From positions 1-30,948 of the forward strand of contig JBBISH010000082.1 of NCBI GenBank assembly GCA_037441385.1: a DNA stretch of 30,948 nucleotides, read 5' to 3'. A program made the translations under genes and the position numbers. The notes beneath the pieces are model-generated. The model did not search any database and was not told the DNA's origin. It saw only the letters and a list, made by a program, of their open reading frames with translations. Shown here piece by piece: positions 1 to 9,600 of this stretch; position 1 is the first letter of the stretch; the number at the start of each line of letters is the position of its first letter. Source of the DNA: Myxococcales bacterium. GTDB taxonomy: Bacteria > Myxococcota_A > UBA9042.

Positions 1-112
1 CGGCGGCGGTGGCTACGGTGGCGACTTCGGCGGTGGCGGCGAGGGCGGCGAAGGCCGCGGTGGCCGCGGTGGCCGTCGCGAGCGCGATCGTCGCGATCAG
101 CGCGACTGGTAG
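1..112 (+). CDS. 3' end of a Gly/Arg-rich (RGG-tail) protein, probably an RNA-binding protein (partial)
   Basis: Frame from nt 2 reads GGGGYGGDFGGGGEGGEGRGGRGGRRERDRRDQRDW, stop TAG 110-112. This is typical of RRM-protein tails; the N-terminus is outside the window. Confidence 0.55.
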   Translation, partial: GGGGYGGDFGGGGEGGEGRGGRGGRRERDRRDQRDW

Positions 113-963
113 TTCCCCGGCTCGAATTTCCCCGCTCGAATCCGGTCAGTTGGACCTGACTTCACCGATCGCGCTGCTGGCGCAGGCCAGTGCGGCGCAC
201 CGGTGCCGGCAACTTGCTGTTGCAGAGCGCCGCCTTGCTGGTTCCTGGCTTCGACCAGACGCCAGCGACGACGGCGCGCCAAAGACGGCAAGAAATGCGC
301 GCAGAAGACAGGACTTGCTCAGGCTGACCGCGGAGCCCTTTCGGGCTTTCCGTTCCTCTTAGTCAACGCGCGCGGTCGCAGTCGTTTCGCCTTTTGGCGG
401 CCCGGCTGCGGCCGCTCGACGTTTTTGGCCGCCGTACAGCACTCCAAAATGCGAATCTCCGGCGCAGCGAGGACTTGGGAAAGAAGCGAAGGTACGGACG
501 GGTCGGGCACCTGCCGTCGCTGCTGGTCGGCTCAAGGACCTGGAGCGGGTGGCCAGCCCGGCGGGCGGAATACGCAAGTCCGGCCAACGCCAATTCGAAC
601 CCCGCAGATTGCCGGAGTTCTTGAGCCGATTGAGACCGATTCTGGATTGCTGGGTGACGGATGCTGGCGGCCAGGTGCTAACGGCCAGGTGGCCGAACCC
701 AAACAAGATTCCCCGGCCTGAATGGGTTCGGCTCACCTGGCAGGTGCCGTGGCGAGTAGGGCCAACAAGACACCGTCCGCGCCTGCAGTTTGCGTCGCAA
801 CTGCAAACGGGCGATTGACGCCACAACCCGGGAGGAATCGCGTCGCCAATCTGGTTCAGTTCTAGAGCACGAAGCGTGCCAACCTGCGCAGCAAGGACAC
901 AAAATATAACTGCCGATAACTATACGATACGCGAAACATAGCTTGACAAGCATACAGATGCAT

Positions 964-1047
964 ACTGTCCGATTCGGACAGATCAACTGTACAACTCGCA
1001 CAGTGCAACTGTACGATTTGGACAGTTCGAGCAGTTCAACTGTCCGA
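964..1047. promoter_or_regulatory. Intergenic array of CTGT(A/C)C motifs in direct and inverted orientation
   Basis: ACTGTCCGA 964, TCGGACAG 974, ACTGTACA 986, ACTGTACGA 1008, TTGGACAGT 1018, ACTGTCCGA 1039; TTGACA at 943. Confidence 0.4.
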
Positions 1048-1108
1048 GAACTGACCACGCGCCGCGACGAATCTGTAGGATTTCGCCCCGACGCGACGCT
1101 GGATCGCC

Positions 1109-1258
1109 GATCCATTTGGACCTTCGCCGCGCATCCGAACCTTCGAACTCGGCGCGGCCAGTCGCTATGGGCGCTCGCTTGCGCCCCACTTGGGGCTAGA
1201 GGCGCGACCGGCAGAGCGAATTACTGAATAAATGTCCAGTACTTGGTCGAGTCTCTAG
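1109..1258 (+). repeat. 150-bp dispersed repeat, copy 1 (MITE/REP-like, ends in CTAG)
   Basis: Colinear with 6835-6984 at about 79% identity by hand count (32 mismatches in 150). Internal GCCCCA-CT-TGGGGC hairpin. Terminal CTAG overlaps the xth stop codon. Confidence 0.75.
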
Positions 1259-2031
1259 CTGGGCACCGCAAAATCGACCACCACGGGCGCGTGATCGCTC
1301 GGCTTCTCGCCCTTGCGCTCGTCCCGGTCGACAAAGGCGGTTTGCGCCATGGCCGCGAGCGGGGCGGTGGCCAAGACGTGGTCGATGCGCAGGCCGTCGT
1401 TCTTGATGAAGCCCAAGTTACGGTAATCCCACCAGGAATAGAGGCGCTCGCTGGGGTGAAGCTGGCGGACGACGTCGGTCAGCCCCCAGTCCAGCAGGCG
1501 CTGCCAGTCGCTGCGAATGGCGTCGCAGCACAGCACAGAGTCGCGCCACGCGGCGGGGTTGCGGGCGTCCAGGTCGGTTGGGGCAATGTTGAAGTCGCCG
1601 CAAAGCGCGAGCAGTTCGCCGGGCTGGGCGGTGCGTTCTAGGTGGTCGACCAGGCGGGCCAGCCAAGCGCGCTTGTAGATGAATTTGTCGCTGTCGACCT
1701 CGGAACCGTTGGGGATGTACAGCGACAGTACGCGCACGCGGCCCAAGCGCACGTCGAGCAGGCGCGCCTGTGGATCCTCTTCGCCGTGCGTCCAGGTTTT
1801 CGCAAGCACTTCGCACGGTTGCTTGCTCAAGACGGCGACGCCGTTGTAGGTCTTCTGCCCCACCACTGCGGCTTGGTAGCCGGCGTCGGCGACGGCCGGC
1901 CACGGAAACTCGCCCTCCACGGCTTTGAGCTCCTGCAGACACAGGAGATCAGGCTGATGCCGGCCGAGCCAAGCCAGCAAGCGCTCTTGCCGAATCCGCA
2001 CCGAATTGACGTTCCATGTGGCGATACGCAT
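1255..2031 (-). CDS. xth: Exodeoxyribonuclease III
   Basis: MRIATWNVNS, LCLQELK, GDFNIAP, YSWWDYR, RIDH and SDHAPV motifs. ATG at 2031; the longer ORF in the track is an upstream extension. Confidence 0.95.
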   Translation of the reverse strand: MRIATWNVNSVRIRQERLLAWLGRHQPDLLCLQELKAVEGEFPWPAVADAGYQAAVVGQKTYNGVAVLSKQPCEVLAKTWTHGEEDPQARLLDVRLGRVRVLSLYIPNGSEVDSDKFIYKRAWLARLVDHLERTAQPGELLALCGDFNIAPTDLDARNPAAWRDSVLCCDAIRSDWQRLLDWGLTDVVRQLHPSERLYSWWDYRNLGFIKNDGLRIDHVLATAPLAAMAQTAFVDRDERKGEKPSDHAPVVVDFAVPS

Positions 2032-2142
2032 GGTCTGGACGATAGCGCGCTGGCCCGGGCTTGGCCAGGGCTTCCGTTCCAACCGCGCTTGCGCCATGCT
2101 ATTGCGCCCTGCTTGCGGGTGGGTCGTAGAAGCGGGCAGACG

Positions 2143-5046
2143 ATGGCGATCGGCAACCGAAAATGGGTCCTGGGCGTAGCGGCGGCGATCGCGGGGCTGG
2201 TAGCGGTCTACGCCGTGCTGCTGACGCGCGTGGAGCCTTGGTTGCGGCAGGCGGTGGACCGCCGGCTCGCGGGCTCGGGCTTTACGGTGGAGTGGCAGAG
2301 CTTGCAGGTTGGCTGGCTGGGGCACGTACAGCTGGCTGGGCTCCGAGTCAAAGAGGGCGGCGAGACCTTGCTGGAAGTGGCGGAGATCGAGGCCAGTCCT
2401 GCGCTTGGGTCGCTGGTAAGTGGCCGGATGCGGCTGGCCAGCGCGGCGGTGCGGCAACCCGTGGCCCACGTTGATATTCGCGACGGCAAACCGGGGGCAT
2501 GGCTGCGGCTGCGCGACGCACTGCGCAAGCAACCCAGCGAGACCGACGGCTCGGGTCGGACCCTGGCGGATCGGATCGGAACGCTGCACCTTGAGCAAGG
2601 GCGCATCGAGGCGAAGGTCTTGGGACCGGCCGTGTGGCTCGCCGGCACCGACGTGGTGGCCAGCCAGATCCTTGTCGATCTGGACACGGCAGCGGGCGGC
2701 ACGGCCAGCGTCGTCCTGCCTCCGGTGCTGGGTGGCGGCAAGCTGGCTGCCAAGCTGCAGATGGTCGAGGGGCAACTGAACGACGTTGCGGGTACTTTTG
2801 ACCCGCCGGCGCACTATGCGGCCCCGCCAACGATTGCCGGCAAGCTGCCCAAGGCGCTGGGCCTGCAGGCGGGCGGCCTGGCCTGGCAGCGTGGCGAGGG
2901 TGCGGCCTTGCGCGACGTCGCCCTGGTGGACCTGGCTGGCGAGCCGACCGCACTGGTTCAGGTCGCGACCGCACAAGTGGATGGTGGCAAAGCCATTTTA
3001 CGCAAGAGCACCTTTCAGGTCAGCCAGACCCAGCTGCACCGGGCGCTGGTGGCAGCACTGCCGCAGGGGCTGCCGGCCGAAGCTACGGCGCTCGTGGCCG
3101 CGCTGGACCACTTGCAGGGCACCGTGGACCGCATCGAAGTCGAGCGCCAGGGCGAAGGTTGGCGTTTGGCAGCAAGCCAGGTCGTGGCGACGTTGGCCGA
3201 TGGAGTGGCCAAGGTCGCAAGCCTGGACGTGACGGCGGGTGCCAAGGACGCCGAAGGCCATCGCCCGACGCGGCTCGATGTGGCCGGCCCAGAGTTGACG
3301 CTGCCGCGCTCGTCCAGACTGCTGGCCAATCCGGCCGTCCAGAGTGAGATCGACGCGCTGCTGGCCCTTCGCAAGGTGCCGGAACCCGCACCAAGCGAGG
3401 CGGACGACGACGACGACGAGGCGGACCCCGAAGCGGTGCCGCCCGTTGCCAAGCCGGTGGCCACGGCGGCGCCCGGTCAGGTGCACGAGCGCCCGCCGGT
3501 GCGCTGGCAGCGTCAGATTCGCGAGGCCAACGGCAAGGCGCTGCAGGCACGCAAAGCCCTGGAACAACGCTGGCCATTGGCCAAGTGGCCGGCGTGGCTG
3601 CAGGCGCACGTGCACAGAGGTCGCCTGACGCTGACCGGCAGCGACGGCCAAGCTCGGCTCGGCGTGCAAAACGTGTCGCTCGACATCGCCAGCCAAGGCG
3701 GTCCGCTGGTGGTGGGGCTGGAACCCTTTGACCGCTTGGGTTCGTGGGGCCGGATGGCGCTGGCCTGGCGCCGGCAGCCGGCGACCAAGGTGCACGAACT
3801 GGACGTCTCGCTGCGCGGCGGCGGGGTGGCGCAGTTGCTGGGCTCGCGCCTGCCGGGTTTGTCGGTGGGGGATGGCGCCGAGCTGGACTTGCAGTTGCAC
3901 ATCGGCCTGCTGGACGACCGGCGCATTGCGGTGCAGGGGCATCTGGACGTCCAGAAGATGGGCATTCAGTGGTGGCGCTTGGCCGATCGGCCCATCGCCG
4001 ATTTTGGCCTTTCGGCGGTGTTCGAAGCGCAGCTGACCGGCAATGCCTGGACGGTGCGCACGCCGGACGTGCGCTTGGGCGATGCGCGCTTGCTCGGCTC
4101 GATCGAGGTGTTGGGCATCGACGGCAGCCCCACGGTGCGCCTGCAGCTGGACGCGCCGATGCAGGATTGCGGGGTGATGCTGGCTTCTGTCCCACCGTCG
4201 ATGACGCCGACCTTGGGCCGCGTGGAAGCCCACGGAACTATGGACTTCCACGTGGGCGTGACGACCCACCTGCCCGGCGTGGGCGCGACCGCGGTCGAAT
4301 TGTCGCTGGGCGACACGCAGTGCGTCGTGGACAAGCTGGGCAACATCGATCTGAGCGAGTTCAAGCGCACCGACTGGGTGCGGCCGGTCAACGAGAACGG
4401 CAAGATCCTGGACGATGTCCGGATCGGCCCCGGCTCGGGCTCGTGGACCTCGACCATGAACATGCCGGGTTACGTGCACTACGTGATGTGGGCCACCGAG
4501 GATCCGTTCCTGAAACACCGCGGCATCAGTGAGGATCTGGTCGCCAAGGCGCTGGCGATCGACCTCAACTCCGGCCGCTTTGTCTACGGCGGCTCGTCGA
4601 TCACCCAGCAGCTGGTCAAGAACCTGTTCCTCAAACGAACCAAGGCCTTGTCGCGCAAGTTCGAAGAAATGCTGATCGTCTGGCAGATGGAGAAAGTCCT
4701 GGGCAAGGCGCGCATTTTGGAGATCTACGTCAACGCAGTCGAGTTCGGCCCCAAGGTCTACGGCGTGACGCGCGCAGCCTGGGAGTTTTTCCAGAAGCGT
4801 CCCAACGAGTTGCGCCCCAAAGAGGCGGTTTACCTGGCGATCATCAAACCGAGTCCGCGCTCGGGCTGGGGCACCATGCGCGCCAACGGCTGGGGCGATT
4901 GGTACGAGATGAAAGTGGGCAAATACATGGACAAACTGCTCGCGGACGAAAGCATCAGTCAGGAGCAGTACGAGGCCGACAAACCCTGGAAGCCCGACTT
5001 CAACCCGCCCGCGCGCGGCAGCAAGCCCCCGGCCAAGGGCCGCTAG
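2143..5046 (+). CDS. Large membrane-anchored protein with C-terminal GT51 peptidoglycan transglycosylase domain
   Basis: N-terminal TM, then EDPFLKHRG, GGSSITQQLVKNLFL, RKFEE and ILEIYVNAVEFG motifs. No transpeptidase domain follows. Confidence 0.85.
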   Translation: MAIGNRKWVLGVAAAIAGLVAVYAVLLTRVEPWLRQAVDRRLAGSGFTVEWQSLQVGWLGHVQLAGLRVKEGGETLLEVAEIEASPALGSLVSGRMRLASAAVRQPVAHVDIRDGKPGAWLRLRDALRKQPSETDGSGRTLADRIGTLHLEQGRIEAKVLGPAVWLAGTDVVASQILVDLDTAAGGTASVVLPPVLGGGKLAAKLQMVEGQLNDVAGTFDPPAHYAAPPTIAGKLPKALGLQAGGLAWQRGEGAALRDVALVDLAGEPTALVQVATAQVDGGKAILRKSTFQVSQTQLHRALVAALPQGLPAEATALVAALDHLQGTVDRIEVERQGEGWRLAASQVVATLADGVAKVASLDVTAGAKDAEGHRPTRLDVAGPELTLPRSSRLLANPAVQSEIDALLALRKVPEPAPSEADDDDDEADPEAVPPVAKPVATAAPGQVHERPPVRWQRQIREANGKALQARKALEQRWPLAKWPAWLQAHVHRGRLTLTGSDGQARLGVQNVSLDIASQGGPLVVGLEPFDRLGSWGRMALAWRRQPATKVHELDVSLRGGGVAQLLGSRLPGLSVGDGAELDLQLHIGLLDDRRIAVQGHLDVQKMGIQWWRLADRPIADFGLSAVFEAQLTGNAWTVRTPDVRLGDARLLGSIEVLGIDGSPTVRLQLDAPMQDCGVMLASVPPSMTPTLGRVEAHGTMDFHVGVTTHLPGVGATAVELSLGDTQCVVDKLGNIDLSEFKRTDWVRPVNENGKILDDVRIGPGSGSWTSTMNMPGYVHYVMWATEDPFLKHRGISEDLVAKALAIDLNSGRFVYGGSSITQQLVKNLFLKRTKALSRKFEEMLIVWQMEKVLGKARILEIYVNAVEFGPKVYGVTRAAWEFFQKRPNELRPKEAVYLAIIKPSPRSGWGTMRANGWGDWYEMKVGKYMDKLLADESISQEQYEADKPWKPDFNPPARGSKPPAKGR

Positions 5047-5197
5047 CGCCAGTTGAACCCGCCATAGGCCTGGGTGGGGCCGCGCTACCCCGCAGGATCA
5101 CGGCGGCATGCGCGCTGTGCTTGCGGTCTGGCAGCGCCGCGGCTAGCCTCTTGCACAGTGCCCGTCGCAGCAAGGCTGCGGCCCAACGGAGGATCGA

Positions 5198-6034
5198 ATG
5201 CCCGCACCCCAAGCCGCATTGATGAAGAATCTAGCGAAGTTGGCATTCAAAGCCCACGCCATCAAGCTGCCGGTCGACTGGAAGCAGCCGCAGGGCGAAG
5301 AAGGCAAGCAGTACGTCGACTCGTTCAAGCCGAACGAGCGTTTTGCGCCACCCGACCCGTCCAAGCTGTTCATCCCCGCCTCGACCAACAAGTACCATAT
5401 CGACACAGTCAAGAAGAATTCCGACGGGTTCGAGAAGTACATCGACGGAATTTGCGACGCCATCTGCTCGGCCTGGAGTACGTTCCAGTCCGCGGCGACG
5501 CTCGTGGGCGTGGTCATCAACGCCGTGACCGCGTCGGTGGGTCAGTTGGTGGGCATGCCCCTCACGCCGCTGATTTTGGCTCAGGGCCCCAAGGCGAGCC
5601 CAGCCGAACTCAAGTACACCCAAACGATTTCGACCGTGGTGGGAACGGCCTTTGCGACGTGGCAGGCCACGGTCAAGGTTCCCGGCCTGCCCTGGTATCC
5701 GGCGTTTGCAGCGTTCCCGTCGCCTGTCGCGCCGCCCACGCCCAACGTACCGGCGTCTTTGGGGATTCTGGTCCAGGTTCCCGCGTCGATGATGGCCCCC
5801 GCCATGCACGGCCAGATGGTGGGTATGCATGGCGATCCCAAGGCGCAGCACTCGTCGGAGCTGTTCGACTGCATCGCCAAGGCTGTCGACCAATGCTTCG
5901 CGGTCTGGAACAAGACGACCATGGTGACCAACGTCTTGGGTACTGGCCCGATCCCTACCTTTGCGCCCCCGTTTGTGCCGGTGGGCCCGGTCGTCGGCGG
6001 CGTGGGCACCATGACGCCCGGCGGCTTGGTCTAG
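5198..6034 (+). CDS. Hypothetical protein (Pro-rich C-terminal half)
   Basis: GGAGG before the ATG, strong GC3 codon bias, 278 aa. No family recognised with certainty. Confidence 0.75.
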   Translation: MPAPQAALMKNLAKLAFKAHAIKLPVDWKQPQGEEGKQYVDSFKPNERFAPPDPSKLFIPASTNKYHIDTVKKNSDGFEKYIDGICDAICSAWSTFQSAATLVGVVINAVTASVGQLVGMPLTPLILAQGPKASPAELKYTQTISTVVGTAFATWQATVKVPGLPWYPAFAAFPSPVAPPTPNVPASLGILVQVPASMMAPAMHGQMVGMHGDPKAQHSSELFDCIAKAVDQCFAVWNKTTMVTNVLGTGPIPTFAPPFVPVGPVVGGVGTMTPGGLV

Positions 6035-6200
6035 CCGAGTCGGCCCGAAAGACGCGGCAAATCTTCGAGCCCGATCCGGGGTCGCCGCATAGTTCTTGCC
6101 AGTTGTAGAGCTGGTCCGCGAAACCGCGCAAGCGTGCATACGGTCGGGGTGCCTATCCAAGCCCAACCCGATGGCTTGCCCCGCGCGGGTCGTCTCGCCC

Positions 6201-6365
6201 CTAGAACACCAATCACAAATCTCCGAGGTTCAGAGCAACGAGAGCACTCGCTGACGAAAACTCGTGGATGCTCAGTGGGTCGCAAGCGGGCGCCCCAGAG
6301 CCCTGCACTGGCGCGACCCGCCGCGACGTTTGCCCCCAGGACTGGGTTCCTGATCGGTGCTCTAG
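6201..6365. mobile_element. 165-bp MITE-like element with 15-bp imperfect terminal inverted repeats beginning CTAG
   Basis: CTAGAACACCAATCA (6201-6215) versus reverse complement of 6351-6365, CTAGAGCACCGATCA (13/15). No coding capacity. Confidence 0.6.
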
Positions 6366-6757
6366 TCGCCGCGGCTCGGGTCGTTCCACGGCCGGCGCAA
6401 CGCGGTTTCGAACAGGTCCAGGCGCCAGCGGCCATCTTCTTCGATGAGCACCCACTCCCGCTCGGTCGGGCCCTGCGCCACCGTCGCGATCTGACGCACG
6501 CCCTGGCTGCGAACCGACCGTATCGACAACACTGGCGCCTCCGCCTTCAACCGCAGCGGCGAATTCTCGCGTTCGCCAGCGCGCCACAGCACGTCGACAG
6601 CTGGCAGCGACGCCCGCGTGACCAGTTGGTGCACGGCCTGCAAGTCGCGCTGGTGCAGCGCTTGGTCCAGATCCAGACAGGTCTTTTCCGGCGACGTGTG
6701 GCAGGCGGGAAGCGCCAGCAGGGCCAGTGGCAAAGCGGCGAGCGTGCGGGGCGACAT
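6362..6757 (-). CDS. Putative lipoprotein
   Basis: Signal peptide with lipobox-like LALPAC; EDGRWRLDL C-terminal motif. Confidence 0.7.
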   Translation of the reverse strand: MSPRTLAALPLALLALPACHTSPEKTCLDLDQALHQRDLQAVHQLVTRASLPAVDVLWRAGERENSPLRLKAEAPVLSIRSVRSQGVRQIATVAQGPTEREWVLIEEDGRWRLDLFETALRRPWNDPSRGD

Positions 6758-6834
6758 GGCGGAATTGCCTGCGCCGCAAATGTGCTGGCGCGATCGCCAA
6801 GCCGGCGACGTTGAGATTGGAACCTTAGCTAGCG

Positions 6835-6984
6835 GATCAATTTGGACTTTCTCCGCGCAAGGGAGCCGTCGAAATCGGCGCGGCGAGTCGCCGCAGGCGC
6901 TCGCTTGCGCCCCAGTTGGGGCTAGAGACGCGACCAGAACGGGCGATTACTGAACGAATGAGCAGTAACTGGTCTCGTGTCTAG
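6835..6984 (+). repeat. 150-bp dispersed repeat, copy 2
   Basis: Matches 1109-1258; flanked by CTAG at 6829-6832 and 6981-6984. Confidence 0.75.
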
Positions 6985-7005
6985 AGTTCGAATCAGGATT
7001 TGTTG

Positions 7006-7030
7006 GTGCGAGGAGCGGGACTTGAACCCG
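7006..7030. repeat. att site: displaced 3' fragment of tRNA-Leu
   Basis: GTGCGAGGAGCGGGACTTGAACCCG, identical to 25901-25925. TGG at 7004-7006 (CCA on the minus strand) overlaps its first base. Confidence 0.95.
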
Positions 7031-7132
7031 ACGAAGCGGAGTTTGCCCACGCCGGCACCCGCTGTCAAGGCTTCGCTGGCCCCCGCACAACGACCACGAC
7101 ACCTGAAGTTTCAGCGCTTTAGCCGCACGCCC

Positions 7133-7408
7133 ATGGGTCCGGCGGTCAAGACCTTTGTGACCACCGGTTGCCTGGGCCAAGAGCTCGGCTTCCTTTGGCG
7201 TCTGACCGGCTTCGTCGACGCCGACACTGGCCGCAGCTGCGCGTGCCAGGTGTGCTGCGAGCTGGCCAGCTTCACCTACGTGGCGATGAACTCGGCTTGC
7301 GGCTGCGCCGACTGCCAGAGCTCGCGAGCGGTGGCCGCTGGCCATGCCTTCCGCCACCGTGGCCTGCGGGCCGAGTGGAACCGCTCGACCCTGCGCCGCG
7401 CGGCCTGA
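7133..7408 (+). CDS. Small Cys-rich hypothetical protein
   Basis: CACQVCC and CGCADC clusters, GC3 bias in the 3' part. Start uncertain. Confidence 0.45.
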   Translation: MGPAVKTFVTTGCLGQELGFLWRLTGFVDADTGRSCACQVCCELASFTYVAMNSACGCADCQSSRAVAAGHAFRHRGLRAEWNRSTLRRAA

Positions 7409-7437
7409 CCTGACCACCCAACAACAGGAGCAACGAC

Positions 7438-7683
7438 ATGAAAATCTTTCACAAGGTTGGCAACTTCTTTGGTGCCATGGAGCGCGTGGTGGACAACGCC
7501 GCGGCCGGCCGCGACGTGCTGGCGCCGCCGTCGTACGTCAACAAGCGCCGCGAGCTGTGCGAGGCCTGCGAGCTGCGCAAGGGCCTGGTGTGTACCCACA
7601 ACGACTGCGGCTGCGTGATTGCGGCCAAGACCCGCCTGATCAGCGAGGCGTGCCCGCTGGGTCGGTGGGGCCGTGTCGCGTAG
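7438..7683 (+). CDS. Small Cys-rich protein, DUF6171-like
   Basis: AGGAG RBS; pattern R-x3-CEAC...C-x4-CGC-x4-K-x7-CP-x3-W. Confidence 0.7.
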   Translation: MKIFHKVGNFFGAMERVVDNAAAGRDVLAPPSYVNKRRELCEACELRKGLVCTHNDCGCVIAAKTRLISEACPLGRWGRVA

Positions 7684-8935
7684 GCAACAGGTCGCCCAGG
7701 ACGGCGACTTTCCATCCGATGCGCCTGCGGACTCGGCCCCGGAGCGGCTGCTTTGGCCGGTTTGGGACCAGGACCAGGGCGGCCCGGCGCGCGACCACGT
7801 CAAGAACACGGAAGCGCTGCTCAAGTACTACAAGGTCCAGGTCCGCTACAACCTGATGACCCACGACCTGGAGGTGACCATTCCCGGCCGCGAGCTGGCG
7901 AGCGAGCGCCGCGCCAACTGCACGGTCGACTGGGTAGAGAACCGCGCCGCCGAGCACGGCCTGAGCCGCGCGCCCATCATCAAGCACCTGCAGGAGTTGG
8001 CCAGCGAGTACCACCCGGTGCGCGACTGGGTCAACGAAAAGCCGTGGGATGGCGTCGACCGCGTACCTCAGCTCATGGCCTCACTTGAACTGGCCGAGTC
8101 GGCCGACCCCGACATGTGTGCGCTGTTGATGCGCCGCTGGCTGCGCGGTGCCGCTGCAGCGCTTTGGCCTGAGTTTGAGCAGAACTTTGCGGCGCAGGGC
8201 GTGCTGGTGCTTCAAGGACCGCAAGGCCATGGAAAGACCAGGTGGCTGCAAAACTTGGTGACTGACCGGAGCTGGATGCTGTCTGGCGAGTTGCTGGACC
8301 CAGGCAATCGGGATTCGACTCAACGGGCCACCTCGGTATGGCTGTGCGAGCTGGGTGAAGTCGATGCGACCTTCCGCAAGGCCGACATCGCCGCACTCAA
8401 ATTCTTTGTCACTCGCACCGAGGACACGTACCGCTTGCCCTATGCCCGTAGGGCCGAGCGCACAGTGCGCCGCACAGTTTTTGTCGCCAGCGTCAACGAC
8501 GAGCAGTACCTGGTCGACCGCACGGGCAACCGGCGCTGGTGGACCGTGTCAATCGAGTGGTGTCACGACCACAACGTCGACATGCAACAGCTGTGGGCCC
8601 AGATGCTGCACGAGGTGGTGCTGGAGAAGGCGCCCTGGTGGCTCGACGAAAGCGAGATGGACCGGCTGAACAACGCCAACCGCAGCCACGAGCAAGAAGA
8701 CGTGATGGCCGGCGTGCTGGGCGAGTACTGGCAAGTGCTCTACCCCGGCGCCGAGATGGGCGACTTCGAGTGGCGTCCGCTGGCCAAGGTCTGCGGCGTG
8801 CTACCGCAGTTTGCCCAGCGCCTGCCCAGCCAGGCCGAGATGCGCCGCGTGACCGACGCGCTGCGCGACATGGGCGTCGCCAAGAAGCGCGACAAGTTTG
8901 GGATGAAGTACTTGCTGCGGCGTATCGCCGACTAG
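7673..8935 (+). CDS. VapE/virulence-associated-E family P-loop ATPase (replicative helicase-like)
   Basis: YHPVRDW...WDGVDR, Walker A LQGPQGHGKT, WLCELGE, RLPYAR, SVN, YLVDRTGNRRWW and QLWAQ motifs. Confidence 0.88.
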   Translation: MSRRQQVAQDGDFPSDAPADSAPERLLWPVWDQDQGGPARDHVKNTEALLKYYKVQVRYNLMTHDLEVTIPGRELASERRANCTVDWVENRAAEHGLSRAPIIKHLQELASEYHPVRDWVNEKPWDGVDRVPQLMASLELAESADPDMCALLMRRWLRGAAAALWPEFEQNFAAQGVLVLQGPQGHGKTRWLQNLVTDRSWMLSGELLDPGNRDSTQRATSVWLCELGEVDATFRKADIAALKFFVTRTEDTYRLPYARRAERTVRRTVFVASVNDEQYLVDRTGNRRWWTVSIEWCHDHNVDMQQLWAQMLHEVVLEKAPWWLDESEMDRLNNANRSHEQEDVMAGVLGEYWQVLYPGAEMGDFEWRPLAKVCGVLPQFAQRLPSQAEMRRVTDALRDMGVAKKRDKFGMKYLLRRIAD

Positions 8936-8944
8936 GGGGGAAAT

Positions 8945-9316
8945 TTGAAGCGAATCAGCACACTTAGAAGTGGCGTGGTCGCCGCGGCCATGATGGCGAT
9001 CGCGGGAGGTGCGGCGGCCGAGGCCTCAGCACCGCCGCTGGAGAGCCAGGCCCCGGCGCAACCGCAGCAAGAGCGCCAGCAAGCGGTGGTCGACGAGGGC
9101 GAGCTGGAGAGCAAGAAGAAGCGGGCCGTGGCGCGCCGCCACCAGATTCCGGTGGTGCTGCACGGGCCGCAGCAAGCGCCGACGACGAGCTGGTCCAGCA
9201 CCGGGGTCCTGTGGTCGGGGTTCAAGGCCAGCCGCAGCTCGACCAGGCCGGCGCGCAAGGTGAACCGACTGCACCTGGCCCGGGCGGCCAAGCAGCGGCG
9301 GCGGAGGGCGCAATGA
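8945..9316 (+). CDS. Hypothetical protein, basic C-terminus
   Basis: Fills the operon between VapE and the next gene (ATGA overlap at 9313-9316). Start uncertain. Confidence 0.5.
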   Translation: MKRISTLRSGVVAAAMMAIAGGAAAEASAPPLESQAPAQPQQERQQAVVDEGELESKKKRAVARRHQIPVVLHGPQQAPTTSWSSTGVLWSGFKASRSSTRPARKVNRLHLARAAKQRRRRAQ

Positions 9317-9579
9317 GCACGAAACCAAAGCAGTTCTACTGGCAATTGCGGCAGCGCAAGACCGGCAAGGTGGGCACAGCGATGCACGCGTACCGCTGCT
9401 TTGACCCAACCAAGCAGCGATGGCCAAAGCCGTGGGTGCCTCTGTGCGGCGAGGGCCAACACCCAACGCATTTTGCGGTCATGTTCGACCAGGTGCGCAA
9501 GGGCGTCCCTGACCCAGAGAAGTACATGGTGTGCGCTGGGTGCTGGCTAGCGGTCCAGGCCGCGCGCCGGGGCAGCTGA
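9313..9579 (+). CDS. Small putative zinc-binding protein
   Basis: GGAGG RBS; H...LCG...CAGC ligand pattern; 88 aa. Confidence 0.6.
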   Translation: MSTKPKQFYWQLRQRKTGKVGTAMHAYRCFDPTKQRWPKPWVPLCGEGQHPTHFAVMFDQVRKGVPDPEKYMVCAGCWLAVQAARRGS

Positions 9580-9600
9580 GCGAACCGCACTTCGGCCACC

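Noticed and set aside
9..826. Several overlapping ORFs of 60-170 aa
   Set aside because: No RBS, codon bias or protein-like composition; probably spurious.
1642..2142. N-terminal extension of the transglycosylase ORF, and of xth to 2976
   Set aside because: The extensions overlap the opposite-strand gene; the motif-supported starts are 2143 and 2031.
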